Below, in pieces: positions 24,019 to 35,693 of a DNA stretch of 64,000 nucleotides. The stretch lies in NCBI GenBank assembly GCA_964036045.1, contig OZ038378.1, positions 58,094,001 through 58,158,000 on the forward strand. Direction: 5' to 3'. The notes below the pieces were generated by a model that worked only from the letters and a program-made list of their open reading frames with translations, was not told where the DNA came from and ran no database searches. The translations under genes were made by a program, and so were the position numbers. Numbering within the stretch: position 1 is the first letter of the stretch; each line of letters opens with the position of its first letter. Source of the DNA: Eutreptiella sp. 'Long Island Sound 2002'. Its lineage: Eukaryota; Protista; Euglenida.

Positions 24019-24499
24019 CTTTGCCTTGCCTCGTTCTGGTCTGATCCGCTCTCCTCTGTGCTGTAGTGTGCCCTTCTGTTGTGTTTTGCCTTGTGCCATT
24101 ATGCTGTGTCCTATCCTGCCTTGCTCTGGGATGCAAATGAGGTTTTGCGGGATTGGTACATGCTTGGGAGCACGGCAAGTTGAAGGCACACCTAGACAGA
24201 AGAGATTCATCGGGATTCGTTAAGTTGTGTTACGGTATTCAAGTTGATCAGGGATTCGAGCGGATTCGGACTGGGCCGCACTGAAACCGAAATGGTTCGA
24301 TTTTGTACTTGAACGGCACGGGCAGGTTACGTGGTCTGTGTTATGCATCAGTTCAATTTTTGGTGGGATAATTCTCGGTACATTCGCTGGTTGTTGCAGC
24401 TCTAGACACACCATGGGTCTGATGTATGTTTTGGTTCGCTTGCAACAGTGGGTGCGTGGATTCGGTTCTTTGTGCCAGATCACTCACATTCTTTCGTGG

Positions 24500-25570
24500 T
24501 GTACATTTTGGGGTGTGTAGCCTGGGTGTGCTGCCGCGACATGCATGTGCATGCATCACATGGGGGTTGAGGGTAGACGTGTGTTATGAGCCCTCGCGGT
24601 TGGTGGTGGGGAAGTTGCTGAGCGGTGTGTTTTAGGGAGTGCTTCCCATTGTCACGTGTGCTGTTAGGGAGCCGATACACGTTCATTTGGGTATTGCACT
24701 TGTGAACTCTGGGTACGGTGCGTACTGTGGGTATGCTTTGAGAGCCGGGTACGCCGGATAAGCTGACACATGAATACAATCATGGAGTGAGCAGGTTGCC
24801 ACAGCTGGTACAGTCACGTATACTTTGAAGCGCGGGACGCATGCATGCTGAACGGACGATGAGCTCACTAATGCTGGATTGCCCGTGGTTGGCTTAGTAT
24901 CAAATTTGTCACGCTGAGCTGTCGGGTCATGGATATAGTGAGGAGGGGGAGGGTGGGTTGCCCACAGCCGGCTTTGTACCAGTTCTGTGACGCTTTCTTT
25001 GGGGCGCTGGCCTCATGTACGCATAGTTCTTTCCTGGTGCAAATTTTGGGGTGTGTAGCATATGCGTGCCGCTGGGACATGCATGTGCGTGCATCCTATG
25101 GGGTTTGAGGGTTGACGTTTGTTATGAGCCATCGCAGTTGGTGGTGGGGAGCCAGCAGAGCGGTGTATTTCGGGTAGTTTCCCATTGTCGCTTGTACCGT
25201 CAGGTAGAGCGGTACAAAATCATTTGGGTGTTGCACATGTGCACTCCGGGCAGGGTGGGTACGATGGGTGCGCCGGGCGTGCTGGCTACACAAGATGAGG
25301 TGGGACATGAATAGGATTAAGGAGTGAGCAAGTTGCTCCCAGCCCGTATTGTCACGGATACTTTGAAGAGCGAGACGAGTGCAAGATTAGCGGACGATCA
25401 GTGCAGTCTGATCACATATGCAGGCTTGCCCATGCTAGGCCCAGTACCCATTCTGTCGGGCTGAACAGTCGGGCCATAGATATAGTGAGGAGGGGGAGGG
25501 TAGGTTGCCCACAAGTGGCATTGTACTAGGTGTGTGATCGTTTGTCGAGGATGCTGGGCTCATGTAAGCC
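24500..25570. repeat. Diverged tandem duplication, ~540-bp unit x2
   Basis: ttttggggtgtgtagc (24506 / 25045), gcatgtgc.tgcatc (24543 / 25081) and gatatagtgaggagggg (24931 / 25479) recur at ~540-bp spacing. Confidence 0.7.
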
Positions 25571-25599
25571 GAGTGTACGGGTCTGCGTATTCAGAGATT

Positions 25600-27300
25600 G
25601 ACATCCTTTAGAAGGGCGGGTCGCCCATTACTGGTGCTTGACCAGTTCTGCTCCCATCTTCCATTATTCCCATGCGCGGCTTGCTGAACGGCGCGTGTGC
25701 TTGCTCACGTTGATTCCGATTCCCGGCGACACATTCAGACTAATGTTACATGGAGAGCGCTGGCGGTCTGGGTGTCGCGGAGGCTGTCCACGCTGGAACC
25801 GGCGGTGGAATGGGATGAGGGGGTCGCTCAGGCGCTCATCGGTTTTGCCGCTCTTGCCGGTGGAGTACGACGGCTTGCCACCCTTGCCACCTTTGCTGAC
25901 ACACCTTTCGTGCTCGTCACCTTTCCAACGGCAGGATTCAGCTTTGCCGATCTTGGAGGAGCGGGGCGACGGTTGGGTCTCGAACTCTCCGTGGTGACTG
26001 ATTCCTTTACCTTGGATGGGCTCAGCTTTGCTTCCCTTGTTCAGGTGGGTCTCGTCTGTCGGTCCCCCGGGTCTCGGTCGCGGTTGCGGTTTCCGGCGTG
26101 CGGGAAGAGCGCACGCGTGAGAATACCCAGCGCGGATAGTAGCGTCTGGGCAGCTGCGCTGGGGTCCGGGCTGGAGCCCGTCGGACTAGATTCGCTCAGT
26201 TCGGTTGCATGTTCTGCGGTGGATTGGGGGCCGCGCTCCAGGCTGTATGCTGATACTTTCGGCCTTCGGGTCACTGGTGCGTCTTCATCCGATCGTTCTT
26301 GCACTCGTTGGGCTCTCGGCAAACGAGGAACTTGAGGGCGGCATGGGGTACCGTCGGTGTGGCGGCATCGGACAATGTACGTACCCTCATCCACATTGCG
26401 TTTGATGTGATGCGTGTTACTGGGATTCGCCAACTTCTAGATACGCTTGGGTGATTGGATCATCCAATATCCTTGTTCTCTAGCAGCCCGGAACGCGGTT
26501 TGTTCAATCGGAGTACGCAACCAGAGGTGTAGGTCCTTCGAAACATTCTCAACGTTGTCAGGGGTGATGCCGCTGATCCTTAGAGCCACCAATCCTTACG
26601 GATCGCGTTCTTTCTGTGTAGGGGACCGGGGATCTTCTTCTTGGCGCGTAGACCGATGGTGAATGGTGGAGTACGGCGAGCGGTGATATGGAGCCGGGCT
26701 GCTTTGCTCGATGTGCTAGGCTTGCGGGGACCCCTCTTCGTGGTGCGGAGACCGATGGTGACTGGAGGAGTACGGCGAGTGGTGGTACGGAGCTGGGCTG
26801 CTTTGCTCGGTGCGCTGGGGCTGCGGGGATCGCTGTTTGCCTTTTGTGGGCTGTGTGGGCAGTTTTTTCTCTCTTGCCATGTGCGGAGTTGCCTTTTTTC
26901 TGTCCACCATCTCTCGTTGTACCAGTGGTTGTCCCATTCTTCATTCCATTCCTTGTTCCTTTCCTCATCCCAGTCTGCATAGTAATAATCTCCTTCGCCA
27001 TATTCCTGCTGCGTCTTGATTGAAGCTTGCGTCGGGGAATACGGAGGTGGCGAATAGTTTGGGGACGGCAGATCTTCACAGTTTTCAAAATCTTTCATTC
27101 TCTGCTCTTCAATGGATTCAACGATGTCAGGGGAAGGCGGTTGGGCATTTGTCCACTCTTGGAAGTGGCACTCTGTTTCTTCGGGGCGCATGAAGGGGTC
27201 AAGCAGAGCCGACGGAACAGGAGGGGGCGTGGACTGGTGCTGAGATCCGTCGGACATTGTGGGGCCACTGGTGGTGTCATGTCGGCAGGATGAGGGTTAT
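25600..27300 (-). pseudogene. ORF1/gag-like remnant of an unidentified repeat
   Basis: Adjacent minus-strand frames (26580-27257, 26041-26433) read as one low-complexity protein with stops. Internal 99-bp tandem duplication at 26651/26750. No family assigned. Confidence 0.3.
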
Positions 27301-28164
27301 GAATGGGGTCCTATGGGGTTGGACTGTCTGCTGTTCATCGGAAGGGTGTTAATTTTTTTTGGATGGCTTTACTCTAGTGATGCGATTCCGTTTTGTTTGG
27401 TGTGTGAGGAGGAATGGGTGCTGGATGTATCGTATGGTGTGAAGGAAAATTGTGTTATGCTGTGGATCTTTCGGATCTGCAAGAAGGTTTGAATCATGTG
27501 GATTTTTGGTGGGGATTTACGTTGTTGCCTTTGTGTCATATCGTTGTTCGCTGTGCTTGCCTTGGTTTTGACGAATTGGTTTGAAGGGTTGGTGTTTGGA
27601 CACACACATATTAAGAGGGACAGGAAGGTTCTTCTCAGAGCCGATACTGTCTCGGTTCTCTGGGGATCGTTGTGGCCCATGGGCTTGACATAGTGATGAT
27701 TTGGAGAACGGACATATGGACATGGTGCAATGCACAGATAAGGTATGGGCTTGTATGGGTGAGTAGGATGATTGCTTCTATTGACAGATTGGAGTGAGAA
27801 GGAATGAGGTCTCAAGGTGTGGAGTTGTTTCCCGGGCCGCGTTTGAGACGGTTCCCTACGGATGATGTCTGATTGCTTTTGGATTGCATATTTCACTTTG
27901 GTTTCCTTTAGGAGCATGGATATCGGGTGAGAAGAACGCACGTGGGAACTCATAACTTTGCTGTGAACACTGTGGTGTAGTACAATTACGAGTACCGTTA
28001 CGTAGGCTCGACTGTTTTTCCGTACACACCCGGCCTTTGAACGAGGAGGGCTGCCCCACCGCCGCCACGAGCCTTTTCGGGCCGGACTGACGGGAAGTTG
28101 CAGGAACGAACCAAGCAATCCACAGACGACGACTGCCAATGGACTGCCCCCCGCCACCCCCAAT

Positions 28165-28372
28165 TTGTGTTGTGTTGTGTTGTGTTGTGTGGTGTGGTGT
28201 TGTGGTGTGGTGTGGTGTGTGGTGTGGTGTGGTGTTGTGTTGTGTTGTGTTGTGTTGTGTTGTGTTGTGTTGTGTTGTGTTGTGTTGTGTTGTGTTGTGT
28301 TGTGTTGTGTTGTGTTGTGTTGTGTTGTGTTGTGTTGTGTTGTATTGTGTTGTGTTGTGTTGTGTTGTGTTG
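28165..28372. repeat. (TTGTG)n pentanucleotide microsatellite
   Basis: About 40 units with a few TGGTG variants. Confidence 0.97.
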
Positions 28373-28515
28373 CCGTGGGTAGCATGGGGGGGGGTACTTT
28401 TCGCCTCCGTGTTGGTCCTTTGTTAACACAGGAGGGGAAGGAAGGGTGCTTTTCACCTCCATTTTGGCCGGTGCCTATTGCCCTACAACCTTTGCTCGAG
28501 CCCACGCCCCTTCAC

Positions 28516-29015
28516 CTAGGCTTGTAGGAGGTATTTTTGAATGGCGTGCTTGCATACCCCTCCTCTCGTGATACGTGGAAATGTGGGGCACCAATAATTC
28601 TTGCGTCTCTTCATTACTTTGCACACCTCGCTTCTCCAAGCAGCGTCCGGACGGTTTGCTGTTGATGGTTTTACGATGGGCCAAATGAATTTCGGCACGC
28701 TATGGTGAAGTGTGACACATGCACGAACAACAGAAACAACCATTCGTGTAAAAAGAGATTGCATGATGTGTAGTGACCCAAGGGCGTGGGCAATCAATTT
28801 CCAGGGATGGATCAACACAATCAACTTTGCCATGCACCATGTGAAACAATGATGATAGCCCTCCATTAGCACCCCTCCATGATCGCCAAGGTACAACGAT
28901 TCGCCAAAAAACAAGGCAAATAGATACGTCACCAAGTCCTTTGAATTTAGGGACAGGATACGGTTTGCATGGCCTTTAGTGATGTGGAATGTCGTTGAAC
29001 TTGACGTGGTACACC
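28516..29015 (-). pseudogene. Possible MULE-type transposase C-terminal remnant with SWIM-like zinc finger
   Basis: NYWCPTFPRITRGGVCKHAI (28539-28598) resembles the SWIM C-x-C...C-K-H motif. Confidence 0.3.
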
Positions 29016-29024
29016 TCCCATTAA

Positions 29025-30196
29025 AAGTCTTAGCTGGGGGCGAGATTTGACGGCGATAATCGTTAGCTCCGTCTCGCGGGAGAGGTAACAATTATCGTCC
29101 TGAAATCTGGAGGGACCAAGCCAGAGGTAACGATTATCGTCATGAAATCTCGGGCAACCTCCAAATCACCTAGGGTTGTGACCAATCGAGGCCGCCTCGC
29201 ACGTGCATAGGTTGATTTGTGTGCACCTACGGGTGCAAATAGAGGTCCCATTTTGTCATACCGGCACCTTTGCGCTTCAAACCTTTTCCATGGTCGCGAT
29301 GCATGCAAAGTGAGTGAAATACAGCCCATGTTGACACTTTGATGCCCAGTTATGTACTTGTGGCATAAGGAAGAACTGTAGGTGTGCAAAAAGCACGATG
29401 CAATAGAAATGTAGTCCTTTGCAATGCGTAGGTTGCACGAAACCAAGACCTACATGGCAAAAAGAGCTTAGGTAGTACAAAAAACTGCACGGTGCACAGG
29501 TCCGGGAAGTATCTTGCGCACAAATGGTAAAAAAACATGTGCTGTGCATGAGTCTAGATTGCAACAGTATGCAACCTAAACCGAAGTCTAGGTAGTATGT
29601 GCAAACGGCACAAAGCATGAGAATACGGGTGGGTACAGCGGTTGTTGGTTGTCAATGATGACATCGTCATGACAAGAGTAATAAATGACAAAATGCCGCA
29701 TTTGCATAAAGCAAAAAAAAAATAGGTGGCAAGAACATTCTGGTCATCATCAGTACAGAAGTGCATCAGTGCAATGTTTGCAATGCCCCTTTTCATTAGA
29801 AATGCTTCGATAGCTTTGCTATGAAGCCGGAGGATGGGTTGGGCCCTTGTTATCTTGAGACCAAGGAGTAGGTTCATCTATCTATCTATCTACCTGTAAA
29901 AATTCAACTTTCGAAATCGGTGAGTGCATGCCTCACTCCAACGGAATCGGAGGACAAATCTTCACACTAGCATGTGTATTGTTGCATGCTAACCCTCAAG
30001 AAACCCAAACCTCACAACTAATCTATACATTGGGACTTTTTTTTCCCGTATGGGTTTTTTTTCATGCCCTATGTGGTTTTCAAGCGTTCACTCCCTTTGC
30101 TTTGCCTTGCACGTGCTTGAGGAGGGATGGGGCATGTGGCGCTGATATGGAGCTAACGATTATCGTCCTAAAATCTCGCCCCTCTAGCTAACACTT
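29025..30196. mobile_element. Non-autonomous DNA element with TTAA TSD and RR...YY termini (Kolobok-like)
   Basis: TTAA at 29021-29024 and 30197-30200. ~45-bp TIR: AAGTCTTAGCTGGGGGCGAGATTT..GATAATCGTTAGCTCC versus reverse complement AAGTGTTAGCTAGAGGGGCGAGATTT..GATAATCGTTAGCTCC. Confidence 0.7.
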
Positions 30197-30201
30197 TTAA
30201 G

Positions 30202-30330
30202 TAATCGTTAGTAGGTAACAATTATCGTCCTGAAATCTCCGCCCGTGGGAGCGAAGCGAACTGGGCCGAGATTCGCATCACTCCCACGGGCCGAGATTTC
30301 AGGACGATAATCGTTACCCACTAACGATTA
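30202..30330. mobile_element. Hairpin MITE (50-bp arms, ~30-nt loop)
   Basis: taatcgttagtaggtaacaattatcgtcctgaaatctccgcccgtgggag pairs with ctcccacgggccgagatttcaggacgataatcgttacccactaacgatta (3 mismatches). Confidence 0.8.
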
Positions 30331-30842
30331 TGTAATAGTAATGGGAATCCTCAAGGAGCCGAGGCGACCTACATTTTACATTTTGTACTTGTACTGTAAT
30401 ATTCCTAATTTTCGCACATGGACGGTATTCCTAATTTAGCACCGGGTGATGCAGGCATGGTATTCCTCATTTAGCACTCAGCTCCCTATGAAAATGGACA
30501 TATTCTTGTTGTAGCACTGTACCTGCGTAGAATCAGAAAGCACAAGAAGCACCTACGACATTTTCGCTTTTCGTGTTTGCACTCCTCATGTTGAGAGTAC
30601 CGACTGCTGCCAACCGGGAGCCCATTTTTGCCAAATCACGGTTGCAAAATACAGGCATTCCCCGACCCTTCGCACAAATCAGGATGGAGCGTGTCGCGCC
30701 GTCCAATCGGTGATCAGCTCGGGTGTGCAATCTTCTTCCACGCAAGCTCTCATCAGGACGTGGTTTCTATCGGTGGTAGCCTTTGTTTTGCGTAGTAACG
30801 GCAGCTGATCTAACAAAGGCACGGAGTAGCCTGTGCTGGGTC

Positions 30843-30892
30843 ATGTCCCTCCCGGCTTCCTCTGTTTTCTTCCAACAACCAACAACCCACAG
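30843..30892 (+). promoter_or_regulatory. Polypyrimidine tract + AG splice acceptor 2 nt before the INO1 ATG (probable trans-splice site or 5'UTR intron end)
   Basis: tccctcccggcttcctctgttttcttccaacaaccaacaacccacAG|tc ATG. Confidence 0.55.
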
Positions 30893-30894
30893 TC

Positions 30895-31608
30895 ATGGAG
30901 TCTGTGAACCCCTCTTCTTTCTCCTCCCAATGCGGGCTGTCCACTTTGGCGGCGGACAGAACGAAACTCATTCACGTGGACAGCCCCGGCGTGACGTACA
31001 CCGACGAGGACATCGTCGCGAAGTACCAGTACTCCCACAACGTGACCTCGATTGTGGACAACGTCCTGCACGTCAAGCCAAGCGCCATCAACCTGACCTT
31101 CAAGACCAAACGCGCCGTTTCGAAGACTGGGGTCATGTTCGTAGGCTGGGCCGGCAACAACGGCAGCACCACCACTGCCGGCCTGCTGGCGCACAAGCAC
31201 AACGTCCATTGGGAGACGAAAACCGGGATGCGGAAGCCTGATTTCTTTGGTTCGTTGACTCAGAGCAGTACGATCCGCATTGGGGCCACCGACGCGGCTC
31301 TGGGACCGCAGGTGGACTACCACGTTCCGTTTTTCAGCGTTGTGCCGATGGTTGATCCCACACAGCTTGTGGTTGGTGGTTGGGACATCAATGGAGCCAA
31401 CATGGCCGACGCCATGCGCCGCGCGTGCGTCCTCGATGTGTCGCTGCAGCAGAAACTGGCGCCGTACATGGCCGACCTCAGGCCCCTGCCCAGTATGTAC
31501 TACCCGGACTTCATTGCAGCGAATCAGGAGGAACGGGCCGACAACGTGTTGAAGGGGACCCGGAAGGAGCATTTGGCGAAGATCCGGCAGGATATCAAAG
31601 ACTTTAAG
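30895..31608 (+). CDS. INO1: INO1 exon 1
   Basis: MESVNPSS...DIKDFK|gt; Rossmann motif GWAGNNG. Confidence 0.93.
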
Positions 31609-34600
31609 GTTCTCCACTAAGCTTTGCACACGCCCGCTTTGAGAAAAGGACATGTGGGACCTGTGCAGCCAGGGATTGCTCTGCAAGGGGCAGGCCCGGC
31701 GAAGGAGGCGGGGAGTACCTTCGTACCAGCATGCACAGTAAATAGTGGTGTTGCTGCCCCTCCTGCCCCCTGTTTGCAGTGCTGTTTGCAGACAACAGGC
31801 CGAAAGGCAGATATGCAGTAAGTTCTTGCTCTGACTGTGCGTTTGCCAGTGCGCTTTTTTCCTTCCTCCTTCCCACTCCTTTTTGAAGTTATGTACTTTT
31901 TCAGTGGTTGCGATCCAGAAGCTGATGGTAAGTGGGTGTGTTAAACAGGTTAAGTCCACCAAAGGATCCACCTGCACCTTCGCTTAGCTCATCATAATTC
32001 CTGGGACATCTCCAAGGCTCCAGCGCAAAGCAGATGATTGTCGCTCAAAGGATGCGGAAAATGCAGCAGGTGCAATTGGGCCAACGAGGAGATGTATGAG
32101 GGAAGTAAAATGCCTAGGACAACGGGCATTCCAATATTCGTGAAATGCGCCCAATCCAGTTTAGAGAAAGGTTGAGAACAGATCACGCATCCTCACTAAC
32201 CCAAGTCCCGCATCCGATCTGCCTCACACCCCATCTTTCGTTCTATGGCCTGTCACCACCAGCGTTCAACTTTGACTGGTTGTGCAGCAGCAAAACTTGT
32301 GTTTTATTCCCTGAAACTCTCACACTGGTAACATTACTGAGCAAGCTGGGGGAGGGGAAGCTGGGCACCGGACGACGCTCAAAAGATGATGGCCTTTAGG
32401 GGATCATGTGCTGACGTAGCCACACGAGGCAGCAGGTTCATCGGTGCATTCACTGGAAGCATGACTGCATCAATCCATCCCCGAAGTGCGGGCTCATGTT
32501 TTCCTGGTCTGGGGATATTGCACAGCTGAATGGTGGTGTTCTCTTATACTTCTTCGACAGCTGCATAACTGTAGAATTGGTAACGCAGTGGTGTATCGTG
32601 TATGTTGTAATTCGTGTAATTTTTTTGTTGGCGGTAAATGCGTGTAACAAAAAAATTGTCACCAGTTACATGCATTACTGCAAAAAAAAAAAAATTACAC
32701 GACTTGACGATTTTTTTGTCCACGACTTACCGCAAAAATAAAATTACACGACTTGACGATTTCGGGTAACCCCATACCCTATTTTGGGGTCGCTGAATCC
32801 GAATATCATGGTGGTTTCACGTAATTTTGCGGTATTTTTGAGAAAATGACCGTTTTGTGGCGAAAAACGCACTCAGTAGGAATCTGCAAAACTCGTTAAG
32901 ATATGCCCAAACTGTGACGTGGCACCCACGAATTCGGAACAAGCGACCTCAAAATAGGGGGGGGGGTGTTATACTTTGATTTCAGGATGGGTCTACAATG
33001 TCGAACTTCTATGGTGCAACGCCTAAAAAGTTTTTTTTTAATTTACACGACCTACCGCGAAAAAAATTACACACATTTTTGGGAAAAAAAATTACACGAC
33101 TGACAATTTTTTTGTACACGAGTTACAGTTTTCACTGGTGTATCGCATGCCGGTTACCGGCGGGTGCGCAGGTTCGAATCCTGCCCCGGGCTACTTTTTT
33201 CCTGGTCTGGGGATGTTGCACAGCTGAACAGTTGTGTTCTCTTATGTTTCTTCGACAGAACCAACAGGGTGACGGTCGTATAGTTGGTTGGACGGTGGTT
33301 TGTTGGCACCACCCAGAATGGGGTGTGCATTGTGGATGGTTCCTTGCCGGTGCGCAAGCATAGTGCCACCCTACTGCCGCCGGAAGCATTAATCGGGTCC
33401 ACTGACAGAAATAGCAGACAGCAACGACAAGCAAGCCCGGAAGAATCGGGAAAGGTTGCGAAGACACACCCCTAGACCCCCTGAGCATCGGCCCTTGTGC
33501 AGATGTTTGGAACGGGTTTGAATCCCACACCAGTGAATCCTCCAGGTTCATGTGCACTGTTTCAGGCCTTCAGGCCCTCTGACTCAGCGAATTACTGCCC
33601 CGCAACCCTGATGCCACTCAGGCCAAGCACAAATTGGACCAGGTCATCGTGCTGTGGACCGCAAACACGGAGCGGTTCACGGACATCCGGCCGGGCCTCA
33701 ACATGACGGCGGACGAGGTCCTGCACTCTATCGACATCAACGACGAGGAGATCTCCCCGAGCCAGATCTTCGCGGTGGCGTCGATTCTGGAGGGCACCCC
33801 GTACATCAACGGGTCCCCGCAGAACACCTTCGTACCGGGGATTGAGGACTTGGCGGAGAGGCACCGCGTGTACATCGGGGGCGATGATTTCAAGTCGGGA
33901 CAGACCAAACTGAAGTCGGTCCTCGTGGATTTCCTGATCAGCGCCGGAATCAAAGTGGAGTCCATCGCGAGTTACAACCACTTGGGCAACAACGATGGCA
34001 AGAACCTCCAGGTTCCAGCACCCGGCAAGAACGGGGGGGGCGGGTTGCGAAAAATAGCCCAAACGGCCGATGCGGGTAATCCTGTGGGACAAACATAGAA
34101 CCAGACAGCACTGATCCTTGATTCCCAGAGCTATCTCGAGTACCATCTGGTGAACAGGCTTCACCGACTTAACTAATTCTCGACCAAAAAGAAAAAGAAC
34201 AATCCTAAATGCATGTGTGTCGAGGCAGTGGACCTAAGTAACACATATTCATGCGCCTCAGGTCCATGCCTACACATGCATAGTTACACTGCCCGGTCAA
34301 TACGCATTGCACACACAGACACACCCTCGTCACCTCGCAATTAAATTGGACACCCGCAAAACAATGAAACAGAATGTGCACATCACAACGTAAATCACAC
34401 CGGCACGTCCAGTGGCAAGAGCCAGGAGGTGTTAGTGGTGAGGGGCAAAGGCAGTGATTCCCTGCAGAGTCAGGGAAAGAAAGGGCAGGATGAGGCATGG
34501 TGGGTAAGGGGCAGTGTTTGCAGGGTGCAAGTTGCAGGTAGCGAGGCAAACGACGTGTCACACCCGTTCGCCATTCGCAGGCTCCCATGACCTTCCGCTC

Positions 34601-35693
34601 AAAGGAGATCTCCAAGAGCAACGTAGTGGACGACATGGTGTCGGCCAACAAGATCCTTTATGAAGAGGGCGAGCATCCGGACCACGTGGTGGTCATCAAG
34701 TACATCCCGCACGTGGGCGACAGCAAGCGCGCCATGGACGAGTACACCAGCAGCATCTTCCTTGGAGGTCTTTGGGGTCTGAGTGGTCCAGATGCAAGAG
34801 GATCCGCACGCGGAGGGAAATTGTGACACCGAGCGATGGAAGGGAATGTGGAATGGGGTGGCAAGGGGCGAGCGGAGTGCAGGCGAGGGCGTAGAGAGAA
34901 AGCCATTGGGAGGCATGTATGGGGGTCGGGCTCAGCCGCACGGCGAAGCCCGAGGCACGGCCCATATGCACAGTCCCTCTGGCAGGCGTGCATGCAAGCA
35001 AACTGTGGCCAACCGCGTGTCCCACAAGCATGCCAATGACCACCGCGTTGGGGGTTGGGTTTCTACATTCCCATTCGCCGCGGTTTGCAGAAGCGCGGTC
35101 CGGCAGCACATTGTCACCGTGCCTGACGTGTACAGCACAATGTGGGGGCAGCTGGCACCCATCAAGTGCATTGTTTCGTGCAAACCTACGGGGACGGTTG
35201 GATGATTGGTGCAGTGAGTGTGCCTACCAGCCCTGAAAAATGGATGCCCCTGCTTCATCTGTCTGCTTGTGCCTGCAAGTGCCGTGGACACATGGATCCA
35301 TTCCATGCTGCCGACAGGTGCTCGTGTGAGTGCACATGCACCTGCACCCTGGTCCCCTTCACTTCCCCGCACTGTGCAGGCACCAACACGCTGGTCATCC
35401 ATAACACGTGTGAGGACTCGCTCTTGGCGGCCCCCCTAATGATCGACCTGGTGCTGTTGACCGAGCTCATGACCCGCATCACGTACCAAGTGGAGGGGTC
35501 CACGGAGTGGCAGTCGTTCCGGTCGGTGCTGTCGATCCTGTCGTACATGCTGAAGGCGCCCCTGGTCCCTCGGGGCACGCCGGTGATCAACGCCCTCATG
35601 AAGCAGCAGCGCGCTATCACCAATCTGCTGTGCGCGTTGGTGGGCCTGCCGGTGGATGGGGATATGATGCTGGAGCACAGGTTGCGCCTGTAG
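30895..35693 (+). CDS. INO1: Myo-inositol-1-phosphate synthase (4 exons, 534 aa)
   Basis: join(30895-31608, 33622-34011, 34581-34767, 35380-35693) = 1605 nt, in frame, with three GT-AG introns. Contains the MIPS signatures [51 protein letters not shown] and SYMLKAP. Confidence 0.96.
32570..33265 (+). mobile_element. tRNA-like SINE head split by a MITE (INO1 intron 1)
   Basis: A-box-like ttggtaacgcagtgg (~32577-32591) and B-box GGTTCGAATCC (~33172-33182). The following ~65-bp body ttttcctggtctggggat... is repeated at 32498 and 33197. Confidence 0.5.
32598..33135. mobile_element. MULE-like MITE with 9-bp TSD
   Basis: TSD TGGTGTATC at 32589-32597 and 33136-33144. TIR GTG....TGTAA(T/C)TCGTGTA and internal AAAAAATTACACGAC repeats. 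A nested ~190-bp TIR element lies at 32776-32962 (ccctattttggggtcgct / agcgacctcaaaatagggg). Confidence 0.7.
33622..34011 (+). CDS. INO1: INO1 exon 2
   Basis: cag|[18 protein letters not shown]...DGKNLQ|gt. Confidence 0.93.
34581..34767 (+). CDS. INO1: INO1 exon 3
   Basis: cag|[12 protein letters not shown]...SIFLG(G)|gt. Confidence 0.93.
35380..35693 (+). CDS. INO1: INO1 exon 4
   Basis: cag|(G)[15 protein letters not shown]...EHRLRL*. Confidence 0.93.

Larger units (their letters stand above)
21968..25600 (-). mobile_element. 3' portion of a related LINE-like element (shared C-terminus, possible degenerate RNase H, no RT seen)
   Basis: 21968-23072 is homologous to 6103-7207. Further upstream are weak RNase H-like traces (FPGPNESLMEPE; VTL-W-KAAH after frameshift) at ~23200-23770. 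Confidence 0.4.

Noticed and set aside
27369-28527. Long ORFs with QHNTT / CCVVL repeats
   Set aside because: These are translations of the (TTGTG)n microsatellite.
30841-31977. 378-aa minus-strand ORF
   Set aside because: It is the antisense shadow of GC-rich INO1 exon 1 and has no independent motif.
33140-33195. Genuine tRNA genes here and at 62817-62990
   Set aside because: A/B boxes are present but acceptor and T stems do not pair; SINE-like heads are more likely.
31609-35379. Euglenid non-conventional (stem-loop, CAG/CTG) introns in INO1
   Set aside because: All three introns are GT-AG and I found no CAG(+4..6)/CTG(-8..-6) pairing or convincing terminal stem.
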